From Bacteroidia bacterium (GTDB taxonomy: Bacteria; Bacteroidota; Bacteroidia; Bacteroidales; CAJPTX01), in NCBI GenBank assembly GCA_002749065.1, contig PDTX01000005.1:19160-83159 (forward strand): a stretch of DNA of 64,000 nucleotides, given 5' to 3'. Numbering within the stretch: the stretch's first letter is position 1; every line of letters starts with the position of its first letter. A program made the position numbers and the translations under genes. Positions 39,233 to 49,474 of this stretch are shown here, in pieces. A model generated the notes under the pieces. The model saw nothing but the letters and a program-made list of their open reading frames with translations. It ran no database searches and was not told the origin of the DNA.

Positions 39233-39240
39233 TACCTTTG
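39233..39240 (+). promoter_or_regulatory. -7 box TACCTTTG driving tRNA-Thr
   Basis: TACCTTTG ends 11 nt before the mature tRNA 5' end (39252), consistent with a short leader. Confidence 0.5.
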
Positions 39241-39251
39241 CGTCCGCAAAT

Positions 39252-39327
39252 GCCTCTTTAGCTCAGTTGGTAGAGCGGCTCATTCGTAATGAGCAGGTCG
39301 TGGGTTCGAGTCCCATGAGAGGCTCCA
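39252..39327 (+). tRNA. tRNA-Thr (anticodon CGU), CCA encoded
   Basis: Hand-folded cloverleaf: acceptor GCCTCTT/GAGAGGC, D arm GCTC-AGTTGGTA-GAGC, anticodon arm GCTCA-TTCGTAA-TGAGC (CGT), variable loop AGGTC, T arm GTGGG-TTCGAGT-CCCAT, discriminator T, then CCA. Confidence 0.93.
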
Positions 39328-39346
39328 GGGGTGCAGGCAAGCACCC
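39328..39346. terminator. Short GC hairpin between tRNA-Thr and the convergent MORN gene (weak terminator candidate)
   Basis: GGGTGC-aggcaa-GCACCC, with no U-tract. Confidence 0.25.
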
Positions 39347-39365
39347 AGGCGAAGGCCCATCGGCG

Positions 39366-40235
39366 CTAGAATCGCCCTTCCCTCCCATTCCTTGGCACGG
39401 CCCTTTCGCCCCCCGGCATAGGCTCGGGGATTTTCCCCTTATTATCCATCAAGGCACGCAGGACGCTGTCGAGCTGCTCGCCACGGTCGCCACGCACCAG
39501 CGCGCCCTTGCGGTACTCCAGCTCGCGCTCCACCTCGCCGCGAAGCGTGTAGAAGCGCCACACGCCGTCGCGCTTACCATCGCGGAACTGGCCACGGAGG
39601 CGGACAGCCCCGCTGGGATAGTAGGTCACGCTGGGCCCCTGCTCCAGCCCGCGCTTCATCTCCCAGCGCATGCGCAGCGCGCCGTTGCCGTAGTACTGCT
39701 CCTGGGGCCCATCCATCTCGCCATTGCGCCAGGAGCCCACGCTACCCATATGCCCATTATCCTGATACTCAACGAATTTTCCGTGCTTCTTGCCACGGTG
39801 CCACCCCTCCTCGCGCACCAGCATAGGGCCTGAGAAGTACTGCCACTTGCCGTCCTTATGCTTATCATAGTACGCACCTCGCCCCTGCACCCTACCGAGG
39901 GCATCGTAGATGACCACCCGGCAGGCATGGCCGTCTGGCTCGTAGTCCATGACGCTCTTCAGCTCGCCCGTCGCGGCGTAGCGGGTCGTGCGACCCACGG
40001 CGCGGCCATGGGAGAACTCGCCCCGATACTTGAGGCGACCGTTGTCGTAGAAGGCTCGCCAGAAGCCGTGCCGCGCACCCGAGGCATCGTGGGCATTCCA
40101 CACCGTGTCACCGGCTGCAAGCACACCGCTCCCCGGAAGGAGGAGGCAGAAAAGGGCCAAGAGGGAGAGGGTGAGAAAGGCTCTTCCTGAAGTTGAAGTA
40201 TCTGACATTGAGCGGATTGAAAGCATTATGAGCAT
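39366..40235 (-). CDS. MORN-repeat (YwqK-like) exported protein
   Basis: Signal peptide (FLTLSLLALFCLLLPGSGVLAAG) and repeated G.W..YY.NG.L...G.F..GK..G.W MORN-variant units. Start may be a downstream Met (40226 or 40208), which would remove the 10-nt overlap with the upstream gene. Confidence 0.75.
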   Translation of the reverse strand: MLIMLSIRSMSDTSTSGRAFLTLSLLALFCLLLPGSGVLAAGDTVWNAHDASGARHGFWRAFYDNGRLKYRGEFSHGRAVGRTTRYAATGELKSVMDYEPDGHACRVVIYDALGRVQGRGAYYDKHKDGKWQYFSGPMLVREEGWHRGKKHGKFVEYQDNGHMGSVGSWRNGEMDGPQEQYYGNGALRMRWEMKRGLEQGPSVTYYPSGAVRLRGQFRDGKRDGVWRFYTLRGEVERELEYRKGALVRGDRGEQLDSVLRALMDNKGKIPEPMPGGERAVPRNGREGRF

Positions 40236-40873
40236 ACGATATAGTCCACCAGCAAGCCGGGTGTGTGGACGTGCTCCGGCTCTATGGCCCCGACCTCGAG
40301 CAGCTCATCGACCTCGGCGATAACCGTATCGGCGGCCAAGGCCATGATGGGGTTGAAGTTCTGGGCCGTGCCACGGTAGACGATATTACCGGAGCGGTCG
40401 GCGGCGGCCCCCTTGATGATGGCGAAGTCGGCCCGCAGGGGCTTCTCGAGGAGGTAGTCCGTGCCATCGACGACGACTCGCTGCTTGCCCTCGGCGATGA
40501 CCGTGCCGACCCCCGTGTGGGTGAGCACGCCACCCAGGCCCGCCCCGCCGCAGCGGATGCGCTCCACCAACGTACCCTGGGGGGAGAACTCCACCTCCAG
40601 GAGGCCGGACATCATCTGGGCCAGGGCATCGGGGTTGCTGCTGATGTCGGAGGTGATTACCTTGCGTGCCTGGCCGCGGTGGATCAGCTGGCCCGCCCCG
40701 CGCTCGGGGTAGCCGGTGTCATTGAGTATGAGGGTCAAACCTCGAACGCCCCGTGCAACCAGCTCATCGATAACACCCTGGGGCGAACCATGCGATAGGA
40801 AGCCCCCAAGCATTACCTGCGCTCCAGCCGGGACCATCGCCGCGGCCTCCTTGGCACTTATGCTCTTTGCCAT
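40226..40873 (-). CDS. CoA transferase subunit A (3-oxoacid/acetate CoA-transferase alpha, AtoD/ScoA-like)
   Basis: Colinear with E. coli AtoD as remembered: VMLGGFLSHGSP...LTLILNDTG...FSPQGTLVERIRCGGAGLGGVLTHTGVGT...EKPLRADFAIIKG...NFNPIMALAAD. Confidence 0.88.
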   Translation of the reverse strand: MAKSISAKEAAAMVPAGAQVMLGGFLSHGSPQGVIDELVARGVRGLTLILNDTGYPERGAGQLIHRGQARKVITSDISSNPDALAQMMSGLLEVEFSPQGTLVERIRCGGAGLGGVLTHTGVGTVIAEGKQRVVVDGTDYLLEKPLRADFAIIKGAAADRSGNIVYRGTAQNFNPIMALAADTVIAEVDELLEVGAIEPEHVHTPGLLVDYIVCS

Positions 40874-40921
40874 AACAAAGCACTAACTTGCATTAGAAGA
40901 AAACAGTAAGGGATATCGCGT

Positions 40922-43726
40922 CTAGTCTAGTCGGGAGGCCTCCATGCGAGCGCGGGAGAGGACCGCCTCGGCCTGGTCGTCTGCCTCCGAGCGGATCCGG
41001 TTCGCGGCCTTTTTGGCCTCGTCGAGTACGCGGCGAGAAGCCTCACGGGCGGCGAGCTTCTGCAGGTAGCCGGAGGCGTTGGACTCGAGGCGCTCTGCCT
41101 CTTCCTCCGCGCGCGCAAGCGCCTCGCTCACAGCGCGCTCAGCCTCATCGCGTATGCGCTGGGCCTCGCGCTCGGCCTGGGCCATAATGCGCTGCGCCTC
41201 CTCGCGCACCTTGGCCTTGGCCTTGTCTATCACCTCGCGCGCCTTGGCCCGGGCAAAGGCCTCGAGCTGGTCGCGGAAGGCCTGCGCGATGTTGACCCTG
41301 ATTTCCGGGTTGGTGATCGAGCCGAGCGCGGAGATGTCCACCGGGATGAGCTCGCCCATGTCCAAATCCGGGGAGAGGGAGTTCAGCAGGCCCTGGACCT
41401 TCGCCCCCGCCGAGCCGAGCATCCGCTTGGGGATGGTGATATTCATCGCGATGTCCATCGTTCGGTCGAGGGATACGCGCCCGCTGAGCTGGCTCTTAAT
41501 CCCCTTAATGTCAAAGCCGAAGGGCTCAAAGCGCATGTTGCCGTTCACTATCCGGAAGGGGATGGTGGTGGATACCAGGGTGGGATTCGAGATGTACTCG
41601 TTGCGCAGCAGGTCCCCCAGCTTGCGGAAAAAGGGGTCGCCGCTTATCGACAGCTGGGAGGTGTGCATACGCCCCCGGGCGTTGACGGTGTTGAGCACGG
41701 GGGAGAGGGCGGGGGTGAGCTCGGTATCGGCCGTGAAGCGGAGGTCCACACGCCCCTTCATATGCTCGACCTGTGGGACCATGGCCGCCACGCTGGTGAA
41801 GGTCGTCACGCCCTGCTGCACGTCTATGTTCTTGAGGTCTACTTCGAGCTTGGCCGACCGCTCTACGGGGGCGCTGAAGTCGAAGCTACCGGAGATTTTC
41901 GCACTGCCGTCCAGCATTCGGCAGGATATTTCGCGCAGGTCCAGCACGGACTTCGCCAGGTGGATACGGCCGACGGCATCCTTCACGTCGATGTTCTGGA
42001 AGTAGATCTGCGCGAGGCGGCTCTTGAAGTCGAAGTCTATACGCTTCATCATGGAGACGTCGACGGTGTCGGGCGTAGCGGCCGGGTCCTTGGGTGCTGT
42101 GGGTTTGGCGGGCCCTTCGCCCTCCGGAGTGGGCTTCTGGGGGAATAGCTCGTTGAGGTCCAGCAACTTGCTCTGCAGGGAGAGGTCGCCCTTGAGCACT
42201 CCGTCGGTCATGACGTAGGGCAGGAAGTTGGAGAGTGAGCCGGCCATGGTCACATCGGAGCGACCGACTTGCGCCTCGAGGGTATTGAGGCCCACGCGCG
42301 AGGGGCTGAATGTCAGGGACATATCCTTTATGTGGACGGGGGCATCCAGCACGCCCTCCACACGGGCCTTCTGGAGGCGTAGCCCGCCGGCCAGCTCGCA
42401 ACGCTCGTACTGCTGCTGCTTCACCCAGGACATGCGGGCGAAGAGGGATGCGTCGAGGGTGAGGAGGCCCGATAGCGAGAGGCTGTCGAGGGGGAGGGCC
42501 TTGCGAAGGCTGGCCAGGTCGACGCGGCCCTTGGCCATCGCGCGCACCTGCGGGTCGGATATGGGGGTGAGGACGTGGGCCGAGGCCTCCAGCGGGTTGC
42601 CCGCCACGCGGACCGCCAGGCGGTTGAGGTCCACCTTGGTCCTGTCCATCTCTACACCGTCGAAATCCACGGCGAGGTCCACGCCGATATTCTCCACACG
42701 CTCAGGCAGGGAGGGGTACTGGACCATCCCGTCCTTGACCTGTAGGCGGAGCTGGGCGCTGGGTAGCTCTTTGCCATGCATCACGCCCGCGATGCGCCCG
42801 CTGAGGGCAAGCGACCCGGCGGTCTGCAAGCCCTCGTGGCCCTTCAGGAAGGTGGCAGGCACGAGCGAGAGTAGGCCCTTGATGTCGGAATCTGTAGTGG
42901 CGAAGCTCATGTCCATGCGTACGGAGTCGCCCGGTAGCTCGGCCCAGCCCTCGAAGGAGAGGGTCAGCTCGTCCATGCTCAAGTGGTTGTCTTCCAGCAC
43001 ATAGCGACGGTTGGCGAGGTCGGCATCCACCTTCGCGTCGAAGTCCACCCGGAGGCCTGGGGCATAGGGTACCCCCCCCTTTCTGAAGAGTAGGCTGCCG
43101 ATATGGAGGCCGAGGTCCAGCTTGCTGCGGTCCAGGCCGAGGTTGCCGCCGAGGTGGAAGTTCAGGTCCTCGAGGCGGGCCAGCATCTTGGAGGAGTCGT
43201 CGAGGTAGCTCACGTGGCCCGATAGTATCTCGAAGCGCTCCAGCGCCACACGCATGCTGCGCCAGGCGGCGGCCGTGTCGGGGGCGACGCTATCGGGGTG
43301 GGCGCTGGTGGCGGTATCCGCCAGGGCGATATCCCAGTTGACCTCGCCCATAGGGCTCTTGATGGCCGAGATGCGCGGGTGGTCGAGGGTGATGGCATGG
43401 ACCTCCACGGCCGAGTCGCCGAAGAGGGAGAATAGGTCGACCTCCACGGCCAGGCGGTCGAAGGAGACGAGGGTGTCGCCCTCAAAGGCCCCCTTGTTGA
43501 CTACGCTCAGGCCGTCGAGGGAGACGTACAGGTCGGGAAAGCCGCGGAAAATCGAGATGTCCACGTCGGTGAAGGAGACCTCGGCGTTGACACGCTGGTT
43601 GATCTGGCCCTGGGCGAACTCCAGGATGCGGGGCTTGAAGAATACCGGTATGGCAATGGCCGCGCCCACCACCAGGAGGACCACAAGGCCCAAGACAATC
43701 AGCAGAATCCGTGCGAACTTCCCCAT
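40922..43726 (-). CDS. AsmA-family outer-membrane biogenesis protein with C-terminal coiled-coil tail
   Basis: N-terminal TM anchor (ILLIVLGLVVLLVVGAAIAIPVFF), a long beta-rich body typical of AsmA/TamB-like proteins, and a last ~120 aa rich in E/A/R heptad-like sequence. Confidence 0.75.
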   Translation of the reverse strand: MGKFARILLIVLGLVVLLVVGAAIAIPVFFKPRILEFAQGQINQRVNAEVSFTDVDISIFRGFPDLYVSLDGLSVVNKGAFEGDTLVSFDRLAVEVDLFSLFGDSAVEVHAITLDHPRISAIKSPMGEVNWDIALADTATSAHPDSVAPDTAAAWRSMRVALERFEILSGHVSYLDDSSKMLARLEDLNFHLGGNLGLDRSKLDLGLHIGSLLFRKGGVPYAPGLRVDFDAKVDADLANRRYVLEDNHLSMDELTLSFEGWAELPGDSVRMDMSFATTDSDIKGLLSLVPATFLKGHEGLQTAGSLALSGRIAGVMHGKELPSAQLRLQVKDGMVQYPSLPERVENIGVDLAVDFDGVEMDRTKVDLNRLAVRVAGNPLEASAHVLTPISDPQVRAMAKGRVDLASLRKALPLDSLSLSGLLTLDASLFARMSWVKQQQYERCELAGGLRLQKARVEGVLDAPVHIKDMSLTFSPSRVGLNTLEAQVGRSDVTMAGSLSNFLPYVMTDGVLKGDLSLQSKLLDLNELFPQKPTPEGEGPAKPTAPKDPAATPDTVDVSMMKRIDFDFKSRLAQIYFQNIDVKDAVGRIHLAKSVLDLREISCRMLDGSAKISGSFDFSAPVERSAKLEVDLKNIDVQQGVTTFTSVAAMVPQVEHMKGRVDLRFTADTELTPALSPVLNTVNARGRMHTSQLSISGDPFFRKLGDLLRNEYISNPTLVSTTIPFRIVNGNMRFEPFGFDIKGIKSQLSGRVSLDRTMDIAMNITIPKRMLGSAGAKVQGLLNSLSPDLDMGELIPVDISALGSITNPEIRVNIAQAFRDQLEAFARAKAREVIDKAKAKVREEAQRIMAQAEREAQRIRDEAERAVSEALARAEEEAERLESNASGYLQKLAAREASRRVLDEAKKAANRIRSEADDQAEAVLSRARMEASRLD

Positions 43727-43796
43727 AGAATACGTAAGCTATATGAGCAACACCTTAATTATATACGCCAAAAACTAGAAGCCCAACTGGGCATCC

Positions 43797-44225
43797 CTAC
43801 GATGACTCGCAGATCTGCAGCTGGGTGATGCGCTCGCCGTCCCCCTTTGCCTGGAGGAAGATGTTCACGCGGTAGGTCCCCGTGGAGGTCCTGAGGTTGC
43901 CGATGATGAACACGCGCTCGCCCCGGGAGTTGGTGAAGGCCACCTCGAAGCCCTGCGGCCTGTGCGCGCTGAAGAAGGCCGATAGCTTGGCGCGCGCCTG
44001 GGATGCGGGGTATACCCCCTGCTCGTCGAGTAGGGTCAGGTCCACCCTCCCGGAGAACCACTGCGCGACCTGGTCGGCGGAGCCCGCGGTGAGGGCGCTC
44101 GCGATGTCCCGGGCCGTCGGCCGGGCCAGCAGCATGCCCGGAGAGAAGAACAACAACAAGAGCAGACACCTCAAATACGGGGCGTGCAGCGCACGCCGGA
44201 ACCCAATAGCAACTCGCCTTTCCAT
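43797..44225 (-). CDS. DUF4783 domain-containing protein
   Basis: Signal peptide then DIASALTAGSADQVAQWFSGRVDLTLLDEQGVY...IIGNLRTSTGTYRVNIFLQAKGDGERITQLQI matches the remembered DUF4783 pattern. Start set at the internal ATG 44225 (MERRVAIGF...). Confidence 0.7.
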   Translation of the reverse strand: MERRVAIGFRRALHAPYLRCLLLLLFFSPGMLLARPTARDIASALTAGSADQVAQWFSGRVDLTLLDEQGVYPASQARAKLSAFFSAHRPQGFEVAFTNSRGERVFIIGNLRTSTGTYRVNIFLQAKGDGERITQLQICESS

Positions 44226-44311
44226 AGTACCCTCCCTTTCACGTAGTATACGTAGGAACTCTCCCCCGTGTTCAGGCCCTATCCTCGTGCGCATACCCCG
44301 CTTTTGCGCTC

Positions 44312-44319
44312 CAAAGGTA
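44312..44319 (-). promoter_or_regulatory. Candidate -7 box TACCTTTG for the DUF4783/asmA genes
   Basis: Plus strand caaaggta, so minus strand TACCTTTG, 87 nt upstream of the ATG at 44225. Motif match only. Confidence 0.35.
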
Positions 44320-44379
44320 ATATTTTATGTCGGATATCGTTTTGGGGGGGAATCTGGAGAGTAATGCCACTTCTGCAAG

Positions 44380-44600
44380 GCCAAGGGATGCGGGAGATCA
44401 CACTTTTGGGGACGATACCACGTAGCGCCAGTAGATGTGCCTGTGGTAGAAGATCTTTGGGTCCTGCATTCGCAAGTGGTGGAAAAGGGTCAGAATGATC
44501 TTGACCTCGGCATCCGACATCTTTACTCGGCATCGCCACAGGGCTCACCATCTGCCAAGGGCCGAACATATCAATCTCGAATTTCCGCACGGAGGATCAA
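44380..44600 (-). pseudogene. Degraded N-terminal fragment of an IS982-family transposase (frameshifted, truncated)
   Basis: One minus-strand frame gives MSDAEVKIILTLFHHLRMQDPKIFYHRHIYW; a second gives FEIDMFGPWQ upstream and VPKSVISRIPW downstream. This resembles IS982 transposase N-termini (..FC..DDFC.., MSESEIITILI.FH...FK.YY.., FPNLVSYNRF). Two frame changes, a stop, and no remainder of the roughly 290-aa protein. Confidence 0.45.
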
Positions 44601-44660
44601 GCGAACGGGGGTGCTAAAATAGGCTAGCGTACGACCTCCCATGCACGGCCAATAACATAC

Positions 44661-44687
44661 AAAAAAAGCCCGGCGCAAAACCGGGCT
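44661..44687 (-). terminator. Rho-independent terminator after eno
   Basis: Minus strand: AGCCCGG-ttttgcg-CCGGGCT followed by TTTTTT. Confidence 0.8.
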
Positions 44688-44733
44688 CTCCATTTCAGCC
44701 AGAGTGCTAGCCGCTCCGGGCAGAGGGTCTACG

Positions 44734-46032
<1,299 letters not shown>

Positions 46033-46052
46033 TTAACATATTCCCTAAACGA

Positions 46053-46080
46053 AAGGAGGGGAACTAGCAGCCCCCTCCTT
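46053..46080 (-). terminator. Hairpin terminator after rplQ (end of the ribosomal/rpoA operon)
   Basis: AAGGAGGGG-10 nt-CCCCTCCTT, a 9-bp stem, followed on the minus strand by TCGTTT. Confidence 0.55.
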
Positions 46081-46112
46081 CTCAACGAATTATATCCGTC
46101 CGACCCGCTATA

Positions 46113-46604
46113 CTACTTCGTCTCCTCCTCGCTCGGCTTGGTCTCTGCCGCCGGCGCCGCCGGTGCCTCCACCTTCTTGGTGGACGAGCGACGCGAACGG
46201 CGAGTGGTCTTCTTCGTGGTCGCAGCCTTGCCCTGGTTGTAGCCCAGATTGAAGTCGACTAGCTCCATGATGCAAACCTCGGCGTTGTCGCCCAGGCGCG
46301 TCCCCGTACGCACGATACGAGTGTAGCCCCCGGGACGCTCAGCAATCCTTGGTGCCACCTCACGGAAGAGCTCCTTCACCGCGTGCTTGTCGCGGAGGTC
46401 GGCAAAGGCCACGCGGCGGGCGTGGGTCGTATCGCTCTTGGAGCGGGTGATGATGGGCTCAACATAGATGCGGAGCGCCTTGGCCTTGGCCACGGTCGTG
46501 GTGATGCGCTTGTGCATGATGAGCGAGCAGGCCATGTTGGACAGCATCAACTCCCTGTGTGCACGCTGACGCCCCAGGTGGTTAAACTTCTTGTTGTGTC
46601 TCAT
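46113..46604 (-). CDS. rplQ: 50S ribosomal protein L17 (with about 44-aa basic/acidic C-terminal tail)
   Basis: [42 protein letters not shown]. Follows rpoA. Confidence 0.95.
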   Translation of the reverse strand: MRHNKKFNHLGRQRAHRELMLSNMACSLIMHKRITTTVAKAKALRIYVEPIITRSKSDTTHARRVAFADLRDKHAVKELFREVAPRIAERPGGYTRIVRTGTRLGDNAEVCIMELVDFNLGYNQGKAATTKKTTRRSRRSSTKKVEAPAAPAAETKPSEEETK

Positions 46605-46610
46605 TGCACA

Positions 46611-47609
46611 CTATTCCTTATCCAATTTATACTTCGAAGTGTCCATGGAGAAGCTCAAGCCCATCGACTCGAGAACATCCTCAATCTCGGTAAGACTCTT
46701 CTTTCCAAAATTCCTAAACTTCAGCAAATCCTGCTTGCTGTACTGCACCAGGTCGCCAATCGTCTCCACATCCGCCGCCTTCAGGCAGTTCAGGGCCCGC
46801 ACGCTGAGCTCCAGGTCCAAGAGCTTGGACTTGAGCAGCTGGCGCATGGCCTGGGCCTCATCATCGAACTCCTCCACCGGCGCGGCATCCAGCTCGGGGC
46901 TGCTGATGCGCTCATCGGAGAAGAGCATGAAATGGTGGATGAGAATATGGGCCGCATCGGTCAGGGCATCCTGCGGATTGATGCTCCCATCGGTCTCTAT
47001 CTCGAGTACAAGCCGCTCGTAGTCAGTCTTCTGGGCCACGCGGTAGTTATCCACCTTGTACATCACATTCCGGATGGGGGTGTGGATGCTGTCGATGGGG
47101 ATGAGGCCAAAGGTGGGGTCGTCCGGCGTGTTCTCCTCAGCGGGAACGTAGCCACGCCCCTTCCGCACGTTGAGCTTCATCTCGATGCGCACGTTGGGGG
47201 CCATGCGGCACACCACCAGGTCAGTATTGAGGACCTCAAAGGACGTGAGGAAGTTGTTGATAAAGCCGGCCTTGAACTCCTCCTGCCCACCGATGGAAAC
47301 GGTAACGGTCTCCTCCTCCGCATCGTTCTCCACGCCGACACGCTTGAAGCGCACCTGCTTGAGGTTGAGAACGATCTGGGTCACATCCTCTATGACCCCA
47401 TCGATGGAGGAGAACTCGTGATCTACACCCGAGATGTGTATCCAAGAAATCGCAAAGCCCTCAAGGGAGGAAAGAAGTATACGACGAAGAGAATTCCCGA
47501 TCGTGATTCCATAACCTGGCTCCAACGGGCGCAGCTCAAAGCTCGCCTTCGTAGGAGTCCCCTCCAACATGATGACCTTGTCAGGCCGCTGAAAATCCAA
47601 TATCGCCAT
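46611..47609 (-). CDS. rpoA: DNA-directed RNA polymerase subunit alpha
   Basis: [28 protein letters not shown]... and C-terminal [22 protein letters not shown]. Confidence 0.96.
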   Translation of the reverse strand: MAILDFQRPDKVIMLEGTPTKASFELRPLEPGYGITIGNSLRRILLSSLEGFAISWIHISGVDHEFSSIDGVIEDVTQIVLNLKQVRFKRVGVENDAEEETVTVSIGGQEEFKAGFINNFLTSFEVLNTDLVVCRMAPNVRIEMKLNVRKGRGYVPAEENTPDDPTFGLIPIDSIHTPIRNVMYKVDNYRVAQKTDYERLVLEIETDGSINPQDALTDAAHILIHHFMLFSDERISSPELDAAPVEEFDDEAQAMRQLLKSKLLDLELSVRALNCLKAADVETIGDLVQYSKQDLLKFRNFGKKSLTEIEDVLESMGLSFSMDTSKYKLDKE

Positions 47610-47622
47610 ATAATCCTAGCTA

Positions 47623-48231
47623 CTACTTTGAGTACAATTCTACTATCAGCTGCTCCTTGATATTCTCGGGAATATCCGCCCGCTCGGGCACCGCAAGGAA
47701 CTTGCCGACCTTAGCCTGCACGTCCCACTCGAGCCAGGAGTAGCTCCGCGCACGGTTGCCAACCAGGCTCTCGCTGATGACCTGCAACGACTTCGAACGC
47801 TCGCGCACGCCAACCAGGTCGCCGGGGCGAAGCGTGTAGGAAGGGATATTGACCACCTGGCCATTCACCACGATGTGGCGGTGCGACACGAGCTGGCGCG
47901 CCGCCGCCCGCGTGGGCGCGATGCCGAGGCGGTAGACCACATTGTCCAGACGGCTCTCGAGCAGCTGCAGGAGGATCTCACCGGTCACACCCCGCTTGCG
48001 CGACGCCTTCTTGAAGAGGTTCGAAAACTGACGCTCCAGCAGGCCGTAGATGTACTTGGCCTTCTGCTTCTCCATCAGCTGCACACCGTACTCCGACACC
48101 TTGCGGCGGCGCTTGTTGATCCCATGCATGCCGGGGGGGTACGACTTCTTCTCCAAGGCCTTATCCGGGCCAAAGATCGGTTCACCAAACCTACGAGCCA
48201 CCTTTGACCTCGGTCCTGTGTATCTTGCCAT
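47623..48231 (-). CDS. rpsD: 30S ribosomal protein S4
   Basis: [21 protein letters not shown]... Confidence 0.96.
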   Translation of the reverse strand: MARYTGPRSKVARRFGEPIFGPDKALEKKSYPPGMHGINKRRRKVSEYGVQLMEKQKAKYIYGLLERQFSNLFKKASRKRGVTGEILLQLLESRLDNVVYRLGIAPTRAAARQLVSHRHIVVNGQVVNIPSYTLRPGDLVGVRERSKSLQVISESLVGNRARSYSWLEWDVQAKVGKFLAVPERADIPENIKEQLIVELYSK

Positions 48232-48282
48232 TTTCCTTTTACTCCTTTTCTGTTGCTATTCTAACGCCTCTGAAGACCACGA

Positions 48283-48675
48283 CTACACACGGCGACGCTT
48301 CGGCGGACGGCAACCGTTGTGCGGCATGGGCGTCACGTCAACAATCTCCATGACCTCGATCCCCGAATTGTGGAGCGTGCGAATCGCGGACTCGCGCCCC
48401 GAGCCAGGGCCCTTCACGTACACACGGACCTTCCTGAGCCCCAGGTCGTAGGCCTCCTTGGCGCAGTCCTGCGCGCACACCTGCGCCGCGTACGGCGTGT
48501 TCTTCTTCGAGCCGCGGAACTTGTTCTTGCCCGAGGACGACCACGAAATCACATCGCCATTGGCGTTGGCCAGCGTGATGATGATATTGTTGAATGAGGA
48601 ATGAATATGCGCCTGCCCAATAGGCTCAACGCGCACCTTTTTCTTCCGCTTAGACGAACCTGCTTTCTTTGCCAT
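48283..48675 (-). CDS. rpsK: 30S ribosomal protein S11
   Basis: [30 protein letters not shown]...[13 protein letters not shown]. Confidence 0.96.
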   Translation of the reverse strand: MAKKAGSSKRKKKVRVEPIGQAHIHSSFNNIIITLANANGDVISWSSSGKNKFRGSKKNTPYAAQVCAQDCAKEAYDLGLRKVRVYVKGPGSGRESAIRTLHNSGIEVMEIVDVTPMPHNGCRPPKRRRV

Positions 48676-48683
48676 GAACCTAC

Positions 48684-49061
48684 TTATTTGGTCGCTTTCT
48701 TCTTGTTAGCTACAGTCTTCCGCTTGCCCTTGCGCGTGCGCGCGTTGTTCTTCGTGCCCTGCCCACGCACCGGCAAGCCCAAGCGGTGGCGGATACCGCG
48801 GTAGCAACCGATGTCCATCAGGCGCTTGATGTTGAGCTGCACCTCAGAGCGCAGCTCCCCCTCCACCTTGAAACGCTCACCGATGATGGTACGTATGGCC
48901 GCCACCTGATCATCGCTCCACTCCTGCACCTTCAGCGCCGGGTCGATATTGGCCTCCGCCAAGATCGTCCGCGCGCTGCTACGCCCTATACCATATATGT
49001 ACGTCAGGGCGATCTCCCCACGCTTATTCTTCGGTAAGTCTACTCCTACAATTCGTGCCAT
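48684..49061 (-). CDS. rpsM: 30S ribosomal protein S13
   Basis: [26 protein letters not shown]... Confidence 0.96.
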   Translation of the reverse strand: MARIVGVDLPKNKRGEIALTYIYGIGRSSARTILAEANIDPALKVQEWSDDQVAAIRTIIGERFKVEGELRSEVQLNIKRLMDIGCYRGIRHRLGLPVRGQGTKNNARTRKGKRKTVANKKKATK

Positions 49062-49097
49062 ACTCTATTCTGCTGAATTTCGCGCAAAGGTACACAT

Positions 49098-49217
49098 TTA
49101 TTTGCCTTGCCGCTGCTTAAACTTCGGGTTCTTCTTGCAAATCACGTACAAACGCCCTTTACGACGTACTATCTTGCAGTCAGCGCTGCGCTTCTTTACA
49201 GATGTTCTAACCTTCAT
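49098..49217 (-). CDS. rpmJ: 50S ribosomal protein L36 (39 aa, non-zinc C-minus type)
   Basis: Manual translation gives [39 protein letters not shown]. Below the ORF-track size cutoff. Lies between infA and rpsM. Confidence 0.92.
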   Translation of the reverse strand: MKVRTSVKKRSADCKIVRRKGRLYVICKKNPKFKQRQGK

Positions 49218-49235
49218 GGTTACCAGTTACCTTAT

Positions 49236-49454
49236 TTACTTGTAGCGGAAAGTAATACGACCCTTCGACAAATCGTAGGGCGACATCTCAACCTTCACCT
49301 TATCCCCGGGAAGAATCTTGATGTAGTGCATACGCATCTTGCCCGATATGTGCGCCGTTATCACATGCGCATTCTCCAGCTCAACGCGAAACATCGCATT
49401 GCTCAACGCTTCGATTATTACTCCGTCTTTCTCTATCGATGCCTGCTTAGCCAT
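49236..49454 (-). CDS. infA: Translation initiation factor IF-1
   Basis: [72 protein letters not shown]. Confidence 0.96.
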   Translation of the reverse strand: MAKQASIEKDGVIIEALSNAMFRVELENAHVITAHISGKMRMHYIKILPGDKVKVEMSPYDLSKGRITFRYK

Positions 49455-49474
49455 CCTGTGTCCTACTCTCCAAG

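Noticed and set aside
43072-43079. C8/G8 homopolymers (also 51399-51406 in secY) as phase-variation sites
   Set aside because: They occur in essential or conserved genes (secY, asmA) and are within what a GC-rich genome produces from GGG codon runs. Only the 11-nt tract in the PP2C gene stands out.
44279-44590. 103-aa minus-strand ORF as a real gene
   Set aside because: It has a GTG start and no family resemblance as a whole. It is better explained as one frame of the degraded IS982-like fragment.
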